A stretch of 61,137 nt of DNA, the filler included. It is 8 parts of 8 records of this genome, joined end to end, with 100 filler letters (N's around TTAATTAATTAA, not from the genome) between each part and the next. Parts side by side here need not be neighbours in the genome. Positions count along the whole stretch, not along the records: positions 52,927 to 61,137 come from SRR31147125_299; 7 more parts are not named here. One strand, written 5' to 3'. This document shows, piece after piece, positions 53,512 to 61,137 of this stretch. The position numbers were made by a program, and so were the translations under genes. How positions within the stretch are numbered: position 1 is the first letter of the stretch; each line of letters starts with the position of its first letter. A model generated the notes under the pieces. It searched no databases and was not told the DNA's origin. It worked only from the letters and a program-made list of their open reading frames with translations.

Positions 53512-54354
53512 TTATAAACTTTTCAGGAATTCATCAAATTTGGGATAGAAATTTTCGTTATTATCCACATAGACCATATGATCTGTTTCGGGCACCTCAA
53601 AATAGGTACAATTTTTCAGGAGGGATCGCATTTTCTGAGCACCTTTTTTTGACAGGCACCAGCTTTGTTCCGCTCTTACCAAAAAAACAGGACACTTTAT
53701 CTGCGGTAAAAGGTGATACCATGATTCGTATGATCTGCCAATAGTTGCCATTGCCCGTCGGGAAAACATAAAATCATATCCTGTGATATCCTCTGTCAGG
53801 CTATCGAGAAAATATCGTACATTTGTTTCCCTTTTAAAACTTGAATAGAGATGTTTTCTTGCTTCAGCAAAGCTTTTATATGGAACAGGCCAAATCCTGG
53901 TCAGGCCATCGTCAAAGGGATCCCGGGTTTCGTCTACATCGGATTTGATTTGCGATTCTGCACCCTCTGCGTTTTCATCAAGCAGTATAAGCGCACGCAC
54001 AACTTCCGGATAAAGAGCAGCCAAATAGCCGGCAACTCTGGCCCCCATGGAATGCCCAACAATAATCGCGGGAAAAGTCCCCACATGTAATAAAAGTCCT
54101 TGAGCATCCCTGGCGAAATCCTTCATATGGTACCCTGTTTCAGGTTTATCGCTCAGACCATGTCCTCGCTGATCCGGGGCAATAATGCGGTATTTATCAC
54201 TGTACCTGGACATAAAGTCTGTCCACGTTTCTCCGCGTCCCCATCTGCCATGCAGACATAGAAAGGCCTGATTTTCTGAACACGTGTCCCGGTAGAAGAT
54301 ATTTATACCGTTAATTGTCGCCAAATAACGTTGAATGACAGGTTTTTCTATCAT
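53512..54354 (-). CDS. Alpha/beta-fold hydrolase
   Basis: LHG, DQRGHG.S, GHSMG nucleophile elbow, C-terminal His (TDHM). Confidence 0.88.
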   Translation of the reverse strand: MIEKPVIQRYLATINGINIFYRDTCSENQAFLCLHGRWGRGETWTDFMSRYSDKYRIIAPDQRGHGLSDKPETGYHMKDFARDAQGLLLHVGTFPAIIVGHSMGARVAGYLAALYPEVVRALILLDENAEGAESQIKSDVDETRDPFDDGLTRIWPVPYKSFAEARKHLYSSFKRETNVRYFLDSLTEDITGYDFMFSRRAMATIGRSYESWYHLLPQIKCPVFLVRAEQSWCLSKKGAQKMRSLLKNCTYFEVPETDHMVYVDNNENFYPKFDEFLKSL

Positions 54355-54563
54355 TTAAAATCCTCTGGTTTTAACAATTTAATTAGGTGAAATTGCCTGA
54401 TATTTGCAAGGAAATTATTATTGCGTTCTGGATGAGGTTGAGGTAAGTGTTATTCGTTTCAGGCTAATGGTTATCTGCAGCCATAAAGGACATTTGGGGG
54501 AGTGATCAGAAAAAAATGTCTATCGCGAATATGATTTGGGAAAATTGATGAATATCCTTCAAA

Positions 54564-55193
54564 TTATAAAAATGAATAACCTGTCGGTATCTCATCCATC
54601 CCCGTCACACACATATCCAAATCCTTTAATTGTCCATTTTTGATGTTAAAAATCCAGCCATGAACAGCTAATTTTTGGCCTGATTTCCATGCCTGTTGGA
54701 CTGTGGGAGTGTTGCATACATTCACGACTTGTTCACGTACATTGAGTTCGCATAATAAATCCAGTTTTTCCTGTTGATCCGGAATGTTTTTAAATTTATT
54801 CTCATGGTGGCGGAATACATCTTTGATATGACGAAGCCAGTTATCGATAAGTCCATATTCAGTATCATCCATAGCAGCCTGGATGCCACCGCAACCATAA
54901 TGTCCGCAAACAATGATGTGTTTTACTTTTAACATTTCAACGGCATATTGAATAACAGACAAACAATTGAGATCCGAATGAGCCACAACATTGGCAATAT
55001 TTCGGTGCACAAATATATGCCCTGGAAGTAAATCCATGATCTCGTTTGCCGGAATACGACTGTCAGAGCAACCGATCCATAAATAATCCGGATTTTGTTG
55101 CTTTGCCAATCGGTTAAAAAATTCCGGATCTGATTTGTTAATATTGTCTACCCATATTTTATTTTTTTTAAAGAGATGTTGTAATTTTTTCAT
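54564..55193 (-). CDS. can: Beta-class carbonic anhydrase
   Basis: WIGCSDSR, HRNIAN, GHYGCGG. Confidence 0.93.
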   Translation of the reverse strand: MKKLQHLFKKNKIWVDNINKSDPEFFNRLAKQQNPDYLWIGCSDSRIPANEIMDLLPGHIFVHRNIANVVAHSDLNCLSVIQYAVEMLKVKHIIVCGHYGCGGIQAAMDDTEYGLIDNWLRHIKDVFRHHENKFKNIPDQQEKLDLLCELNVREQVVNVCNTPTVQQAWKSGQKLAVHGWIFNIKNGQLKDLDMCVTGMDEIPTGYSFL

Positions 55194-55495
55194 AAAATGC
55201 TATCCTTCACATTATTGGCAAAAAAAATGAGGACCTAGTTCTCAAAATACGATCTGGTTGCTGTTCAAAAAATATTCCCACGAATAATAAAGTGGTTCCA
55301 TAGATATCAAAAATTAAGGAGAAAAACAAGGAAATTTTAAACAAGAATCTGCAAGTGTAGATTAAAGACCAAAGTCTGGATGAATTTTACATAAAATCAA
55401 TAGGGATAAATTATGTCAGCAGGTTTTGGGTGGTGTTAAAGTAGAGCATTGATCCTCAAGGAGGCCATATTTAGGCGTTTGGTTAGAATGGATTA

Positions 55496-55530
55496 CGTCA
55501 CAGAGATTACCCACCTTCATCTCTGTGACG
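55496..55530. repeat. 12-bp perfect inverted repeat (possible terminator of the BACON gene)
   Basis: CGTCACAGAGAT-N11-ATCTCTGTGACG. Confidence 0.5.
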
Positions 55531-55618
55531 ATCGAAATGAATTGTATCTGCTAAATCTAATTCTTTTTTGAAACAGGTAAAACTCGTTAATTCTGGTATT
55601 ATCTATCCTATCATTTGC

Positions 55619-56746
55619 TCATTCTTCACCGTTGAGTATGTTCCTAAAAGTTTCAACTAATGGATTGGTATTGGAAGAAGCAATAAGACTTGTGCTTGAT
55701 CCATAAACTCTCTGAGCAGTCCATGTGCTGACCTTTATGTCATTTGCATACATGTCTCCACGCATGGAATTAAAATCTTCTGCAACCGGGCCAATAAATG
55801 ACAGTTTATATGTATCCAAATACCAGACTATAGTAATGCTTCGTCCAATAATTTTGCTGGAGGAATGGAGCGTGGTATAACCGGAACCATCTTCAAAAAC
55901 GAAATCACCTGTTAATTGTGTACCGTTTTGTTCCAGGTTATAGAATCCTACAAAAGTAGTCCCGGATAGGTCAAAACTCTGTCTCCAGCGTCCGGTGACG
56001 GTGTTTCCTGCTAATTGCTCAGCTTGAACATCTACTGTTTTGGTACCTGCCGTTGGAGATGTAATTTCTATGACACCGGTATTAATGCCTGTAGATAGAG
56101 AGGCTCTATTGACAGTCACAGTAACAACGTCTGTTTCAGTGGCAGTGACACCGACAGAAGGAGAAACAGAAATCCAGGCAGGTTTATTGCTAATGGACCA
56201 GGAGAAAGATCCTGTGCCAGCGTTTGTAATTTCAATAGTTTTTTCAGTTTCCTGAGTACCAAAATCCAGAGATGTTGGTGTCACAGATAAAATAGGTCCC
56301 TCTGGCATACGAGCTTGAACTTGTACTGTTTTGTTTCCTCCTTTAATGGATGTAAAGTCGATACTGCCGGTATTAACGCCAGGCGCCAGCAAGCTTCTGT
56401 CAAGAGTTACAACAACATTGTCTGTTTCATCTGTGGTTGAACCGGAAGGCGGACTAACAGATACCCAGTCAGGATAGCTGCCAACGGACCAATTCAACGT
56501 ACCTGCTCCAATATTTCTAATGTCAATGGTTTTTACTGTCTCTTCTGTGCCAAAATCTAAAGTGGCAGGTGAAACAAAAAGAATTGGAGTATCTTCCGCC
56601 GGTTCCATTAAAAAGTTGATGTAATCGATATCAGCGATATTGAACGATAATGAATCCCCATTTGCCAAGTGAATCACCAGAGACTGAGAAAAAACAAGTG
56701 GTGCAAAAATAAAAAGAAAAGAAAATGAAAAAAATGCCTTTTTCAT
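55619..56746 (-). CDS. Secreted protein with two tandem BACON-like Ig domains and a C-terminal small beta-barrel-like domain
   Basis: Signal peptide; two roughly 98-aa repeats PIL.V.P..LDFGT.ET.KTI.I.N.G.G...W....P.W.SVSP..G. Confidence 0.75.
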   Translation of the reverse strand: MKKAFFSFSFLFIFAPLVFSQSLVIHLANGDSLSFNIADIDYINFLMEPAEDTPILFVSPATLDFGTEETVKTIDIRNIGAGTLNWSVGSYPDWVSVSPPSGSTTDETDNVVVTLDRSLLAPGVNTGSIDFTSIKGGNKTVQVQARMPEGPILSVTPTSLDFGTQETEKTIEITNAGTGSFSWSISNKPAWISVSPSVGVTATETDVVTVTVNRASLSTGINTGVIEITSPTAGTKTVDVQAEQLAGNTVTGRWRQSFDLSGTTFVGFYNLEQNGTQLTGDFVFEDGSGYTTLHSSSKIIGRSITIVWYLDTYKLSFIGPVAEDFNSMRGDMYANDIKVSTWTAQRVYGSSTSLIASSNTNPLVETFRNILNGEE

Positions 56747-56769
56747 TTTATTCTCCTTTCTTTTAAATA

Positions 56770-57237
56770 TTATTTCAATAGTAACATCTTTTTAGATAAA
56801 ACTTTACTCTGAAAATGGATCTGATAGATATATAATCCACTTGATACTCTTTTACCTATGTTATTCATTCCATCCCAGATAACCATTTGATCACCAGCAA
56901 CCTGAAAAGTGTCTATTAAATCCCGAACTCGTTCTCCCAGAGAATTAAAAATCGTTACGTGCACATGGCCATTTTGAGGAACCTGATATTTAATTGTTGT
57001 TATAGGATTGAAGGGATTTGGGAAATTTTGAAATAACTCAAAAGTTTTTATGATACTGGATAGTTCATGAGTGTTTTGTATACCTGTTGGGTATTTTAAT
57101 GAAATTTTTGTTATATCTTGAACTTGAATGGTCGTTTGTATGCCATTTTTTCCTGTAATTATCAAATCTAATTGACCTGTGGACCAAACGAGTAGAGGAA
57201 ATAGTAATATATATAGAATCGATACAGCCTTTTTCAT
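56770..57237 (-). CDS. Small secreted protein: short N-module plus T9SS-CTD/FlgD-Ig-like sorting domain
   Basis: Signal peptide; F.L.QNFPNPFNP.T.I.Y...IFN.LG...WDG....G..VSSG.Y.Y......KKMLLLK. Confidence 0.8.
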   Translation of the reverse strand: MKKAVSILYILLFPLLVWSTGQLDLIITGKNGIQTTIQVQDITKISLKYPTGIQNTHELSSIIKTFELFQNFPNPFNPITTIKYQVPQNGHVHVTIFNSLGERVRDLIDTFQVAGDQMVIWDGMNNIGKRVSSGLYIYQIHFQSKVLSKKMLLLK

Positions 57238-58324
57238 AATATGAACCTCCGTGTTTAGATTATGATGTTAACTATAAAAGGAAAAATTAAGGAGGAGGAC
57301 GAGATGGCTTTAAAGAATATATTAACACTTTTTTACCTTAAGATAAAAGTGAGCTGAAATAGAAAAGACAACTTTTACCGATGTAACAACATATTTATTA
57401 ATATGTAGCAGGACACATTTTTACTTCTCTTTAAGCGAGTTGTTAAAAAATAAAATCATATTGTGATCTAAAAAATGGATGGAATTTTTTCCTGTTGTAT
57501 TTTATTAATTCAGCTGTCTGGTCCGTTTTTAACAATGAAATAAAATCACAAGATGTTAATTGATAGGAGGTATGTTTAAAACATCATAGTAGATCGGACA
57601 GAATAATTATAGGGCAGGAATACTGATGTGAAAGTCCGGATTATTGTATCAATAGAATTGGAATTATATTTGTGAATTTATTAAAGTGTTATGCAATCCT
57701 TTCTATTTTGTCATATTATGATAACCATGATTTGGATGCTCAATGTTAGAACCCATTTTCTTAAAAAATAGCCACAAGGGATTTGTAACAATTCGAATTT
57801 ATGTGTCTACTATTGATTTACTTAGCATTAAAAGTAATGGTAGTAGCTTAAAAATGGTCATTTTTTGTGTTAATAACACTGATGTCTTTTGACCTGAGGA
57901 ATTGAAGTAATTAATATGATGAGAAAGTGGGTTTAGAGTGTTTCCTGGTTTTTCTGTTTTTTACTTAAACATATGACTGCTTTTTTCTATTCCTTTGAGC
58001 AAAGGCAAGTCATGAAATCTGAAATATTACTAATTCAATCAAATTATTATTTAAGGATTATGTGGATCCAATTGGTATCTTGCTGCCTGAAATATCAAAA
58101 ATTTATTGCATTCAATCACTTTTTAACACAAACAGATAAATGCTTTTGATTTTTTTAAATGATAAAAACAAATTAGGATTTATGACATATTTTTTGTAAA
58201 TTTACTGAATAGAATTCATTTTGAGTAACTATTCCCGGAAGGATAATCTGGTAATCTGACAATAAAAAGGCTTGTCTGTAATAATTCCCTGAAAAAGAAC
58301 ATTTTCACAGCAAAAGGTGTCGTT

Positions 58325-60130
58325 ATGGAAAATTCGAATGAACATAAATTTCATATACCTATATTAGGCATCGGGTATTCTATTGATACTCCGATCAAAG
58401 TGGCCAGGTATGGCATTTCATCTGTTTTATCGATCGTGGATGATACATTGATGGAAAAACTGCGAAAGCATTATCTGGCTAAATTCAACAAACCTTATAT
58501 TCCCATTGCCAAAAAGGATAAAGATTGCAGAGCCCATCGAATTACTGCTTATCTCAATATGGTTAATGATACTGTAAAAGAGCAGTTTGAATCCTTGAAA
58601 AACTCTACTTTTGAATCCGGGAGTGATATCAACAGATATTTTGAAATGCTGCCTGATTTTTCCAAAATGAAAATAAAGTACAAAGAAATGCTTAATTCGC
58701 CAGATAAAAATGTCGCTTCGAAATTGCAGCAATGGCTGCGTGATAATATGAAACCCGGGTCTATTGATGTGAATATCATGACAAAGGTGGACAAGACGAA
58801 TTACAATTCAGATGGTACAACTCTGCCGGTTGAGCATAATGATGCACACGCCGCATTAAGAGGATATGCACAGAGTGAGCTTGAAAGCTCGGTGGTTTTT
58901 TCCGCTGGTATGAATCCACGTTTGTACAGTTATATGGAAAAGTTTAAGGATTTTTATCCACGCCGAGACGGCAGTTTTAAAAAGAAAATCATCATCAAGG
59001 TGAGTGATTTTCGTTCTGCTCTCATTCAGGGTAAATTTTTGGCCAAAAAAGGTTTATGGGTTTCAGAGTATCGCATTGAGTCCGGACTAAATTGTGGCGG
59101 CCATGCATTTGCTACTGACGGGTTCCTTTTGGGACCCATACTGGAGGAATTTAAAAACAAAAAGGACGAATTATTAGATTCCGTTCGAAAACTTTTTCTT
59201 AAAGCCCTTGTAAAAAAGGACATTCCTGTTAACGAAGAGAATCTGGATGTTGATATAACCGTGCAAGGTGGCGTTGGAAAATCAAGTGAGCAGGAATTTT
59301 TGATGCGTCATTATGGTGTGAAATCAGTAGGGTGGGGAAGTCCTTTTTTACTGGTTCCCGAAACCATGAATGTAGACGAAAATACCTTGCAAAAGCTATG
59401 CGCTGCTGGTGAAAATGATATTTATTTGAGTGGTGTTTCACCGCTTGGTGTTCCATTTAATAATTTACGTGAGAACAGCAAAGATCTGGAGAAAATGGAA
59501 CGAGTTAACAGAGGTAAACCAGGCAGTGCGTGTACGAAAAAATTTCTAAAGTTTAATAACGAGTTGTCGGAAAAACCCTTGTGTACTGCTTCCAGAGCTT
59601 TTCTCGATAAAAAAATCAAAGAGTTGAAGAAAAAATTTACTCTGCCGGAGGAATTCAAAAGAGAATACAATAAAGCAGTAGAAAAAGTCTGTCTGTGCGA
59701 GGGACTTGTTGTTCCTGCTTTAGAGGTCAATAAAATAGAAACCGCCAATTATAGTAACGCGGTTTCAGTTTGCCCGGGGCCCAATCTGGCCTACTTTTCC
59801 AGAATAGCCACTCTAAAGGAGATGGTGGATCATATTTATGGCAGAATGAATTTAATCACGGACTCGGATCGCCCCAATATGTTTATTAAGGAATTAAAGC
59901 TTTATATTGATGTTTTTAGCAAAAAAGTCGAAGAGAGTTTTGATCCGATATCAGCACAAAGCGAAGAATTATTGAATTCCTTTAAGGAAAATTTGCAAGA
60001 GGGTATTCGGTACTATAAAAATATTCTTCCCGATATACAGGAAGAAACTGAAAAGGTGAAACAAAAGATAAGAGATGAATTGGAGGCGTTGGAAGAAAAA
60101 CTTTTGTCCTTTTCCCTGGAAGTTGTTTGA
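58325..60130 (+). CDS. Conserved hypothetical protein, putative FMN TIM-barrel oxidoreductase (NMO/FabK/FabX-like) with Cys-rich C-terminus
   Basis: SAG..P, ESG.NCGGH, QGGV, G.GSPFL..PE, SPLG.PF; C...C...CLC..L...C. Confidence 0.55.
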   Translation: MENSNEHKFHIPILGIGYSIDTPIKVARYGISSVLSIVDDTLMEKLRKHYLAKFNKPYIPIAKKDKDCRAHRITAYLNMVNDTVKEQFESLKNSTFESGSDINRYFEMLPDFSKMKIKYKEMLNSPDKNVASKLQQWLRDNMKPGSIDVNIMTKVDKTNYNSDGTTLPVEHNDAHAALRGYAQSELESSVVFSAGMNPRLYSYMEKFKDFYPRRDGSFKKKIIIKVSDFRSALIQGKFLAKKGLWVSEYRIESGLNCGGHAFATDGFLLGPILEEFKNKKDELLDSVRKLFLKALVKKDIPVNEENLDVDITVQGGVGKSSEQEFLMRHYGVKSVGWGSPFLLVPETMNVDENTLQKLCAAGENDIYLSGVSPLGVPFNNLRENSKDLEKMERVNRGKPGSACTKKFLKFNNELSEKPLCTASRAFLDKKIKELKKKFTLPEEFKREYNKAVEKVCLCEGLVVPALEVNKIETANYSNAVSVCPGPNLAYFSRIATLKEMVDHIYGRMNLITDSDRPNMFIKELKLYIDVFSKKVEESFDPISAQSEELLNSFKENLQEGIRYYKNILPDIQEETEKVKQKIRDELEALEEKLLSFSLEVV

Positions 60131-60236
60131 TATGTGGTAAAAACTGACGTATCGTATTATTTTTTTGAGATATCACCTTTAATTAACCAAAGCTGTTTTG
60201 GTGTTGGTTGGGGCAGGGGCTTTGATCTATCCTTTG

Positions 60237-60257
60237 CCATGGGTGGGAAACCCATGG
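60237..60257. repeat. Short palindrome between convergent genes (REP-like or terminator)
   Basis: CCATGGGT-GGGAA-ACCCATGG. Confidence 0.45.
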
Positions 60258-60286
60258 TGCGCGGAGAAAATGGGCAGGAGTGAGGC

Positions 60287-60637
60287 TTATATATCAATTA
60301 ACCCCAGGCTGATCATAATAGCTTGATCAACCTTTTTCATGGTTTTATCTTCAAGTTGCCCAAGTTTTTTGACAAGCTGTCTTTGGTTAATTGCCCTTAC
60401 CTGATTCATCAAAATTAGCGAGTTATTATCCAATCCACCTTCCGGGCTTTTAACTTCTACCTCTATTAGATAAACAGCGCTATCGCCACTGGTGATTGGC
60501 GCTATAATAGTGATTGGGCTATACTGGTTTCCTACATCATTTTGGATTATCAAACCGGGCCTGGTCTTTTTAATTTCAGACCCGATCGTAGGATCAAGAT
60601 TGACAAGATATACTTCTCCGCGTTTTGGTGATGGCAT
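60287..60637 (-). CDS. PemK/MazF-family endoribonuclease toxin
   Basis: RGEVY.V.LDP..GSE..K.RP.LIIQND..N...T...PITS...Q.R.I...L. Confidence 0.92.
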   Translation of the reverse strand: MPSPKRGEVYLVNLDPTIGSEIKKTRPGLIIQNDVGNQYSPITIIAPITSGDSAVYLIEVEVKSPEGGLDNNSLILMNQVRAINQRQLVKKLGQLEDKTMKKVDQAIMISLGLIDI

Positions 60638-60660
60638 AGAGGCAGGTCCTTAAATGCTTT

Positions 60661-60915
60661 TTAGATGATCTCAGAAGACAATACTTCAAGCTCACGGTTT
60701 ATATCAGCGTCTCTCTCAGCTCTGGCCATATATCCAGCTCTCATCTTTCTTTTCAGGTTGGCCTTTTTTAAACGCACAACAAACCTCTTAGCAGCCTCAT
60801 CTAAAAAAGCGCTTCTGGAAGAAAACCCAAATTCCTGCCAAATATTGTCTATCTGCTCGATCGTTTGCTCCGGCAAGGTAATATCAATTCTTTTTGATTT
60901 CGTTTTTATTTCCAT
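60661..60915 (-). CDS. CopG/RHH antitoxin (NdoAI/MazE-like)
   Basis: RIDITLP...ID......SRS.F..EA...GY..A; directly upstream of the toxin. Confidence 0.85.
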   Translation of the reverse strand: MEIKTKSKRIDITLPEQTIEQIDNIWQEFGFSSRSAFLDEAAKRFVVRLKKANLKRKMRAGYMARAERDADINRELEVLSSEII

Positions 60916-60956
60916 AGGAAAATCTCAATTAATGAAGGTTTTTATTATACACACAA

Positions 60957-60985
60957 ATAATACACATAATAAATATAATTGTCAA
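60957..60985 (-). promoter_or_regulatory. Sigma-70 promoter of the toxin-antitoxin operon
   Basis: Minus strand TTGACA-17-TATTAT; ATACACA direct repeats at 60947 and 60960. Confidence 0.6.
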
Positions 60986-61037
60986 AGCAATTATTTTGTT
61001 CCAGGTTGATATACTAACCGATCATTTTTCAATAATC

Positions 61038-61136
61038 CTAAAACTCTATTTTCATCCCCAACGTCGGTATCAACGGTAAGGTATACGGATGCCGCTCGAG
61101 ATGAGGATGTTGAAATGTATGATTTACTGTATCATA
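61038..61136 (-). CDS. 3' end of a probable TonB-dependent outer-membrane receptor
   Basis: Minus frame ends ...PYTLPLIPTLGMKIEF*, a typical terminal beta-strand with final Phe; absent from the ORF track. Confidence 0.55.
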   Translation of the reverse strand, partial: YDTVNHTFQHPHLERHPYTLPLIPTLGMKIEF

Positions 61137-61137
61137 T

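Noticed and set aside
1-61137. rRNA, tRNA, CRISPR arrays, transposases, integrases, prophage genes
   Set aside because: None recognised by eye; tRNAscan-SE, Infernal and a CRISPR finder would be needed to exclude short or divergent cases

Overview
This 61 kb window is not one locus. It is eight unrelated sequence fragments joined by seven identical artificial 100-nt linkers (N44-TTAATTAATTAA-N44), so gene context is valid only within a fragment. Fragment contents: (A, 1-7208) degP, two zinc-ribbon genes, dnaK-clpB with a sigma-54-type promoter, and a TPR lipoprotein. (B, 7309-14571) a tightly packed nucleotide-sugar cluster with split transketolase, APH-type kinase, HAD, radical SAM, GmhA-like isomerase, PfkB kinase, nucleotidyltransferase and GmhB. 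(C, 14672-24715) a GH114-like protein, rhomboid, MCP-hemerythrin, a K+-channel/YbjN/PspA/DUF4178 operon, a NifU-like protein, a J-domain protein and dapB. (D, 24816-32736) tonB-exbB-exbD, a sigma-54 activator, an OPT transporter, an apparently dead alpha/beta-hydrolase and an Ig-like lipoprotein. (E, 32837-38650) heptose kinase, gmhB, a pentaheme cytochrome c followed by a Cyc2-like cytochrome-porin, and a GAF sensor. (F, 38751-43795) TRAP DctP, a hybrid kinase and a PAS sigma-54 activator. (G, 43896-52826, Bacteroidota-type promoters) mutS2, RES-Xre toxin-antitoxin, HAD, sulfatase, BlaI/M56-TonB and VOC. (H, 52927-61137) GH28, a hydrolase, carbonic anhydrase, a two-gene secreted BACON/sorting-domain pair, a 601-aa FMN/Fe-S-like hypothetical, MazF-RHH toxin-antitoxin and the tail of an outer-membrane receptor. 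At least seven genes are broken at homopolymer runs, most likely by sequencing error. I recognised no rRNA, tRNA, CRISPR array or transposase. The best leads are the pentaheme plus cytochrome-porin pair, the higher-carbon-sugar/radical-SAM cluster, the K+-channel-PspA operon, the putative secretion-adaptor pair and the 601-aa oxidoreductase-like protein. All assignments come from motif recognition by eye; no searches were run.
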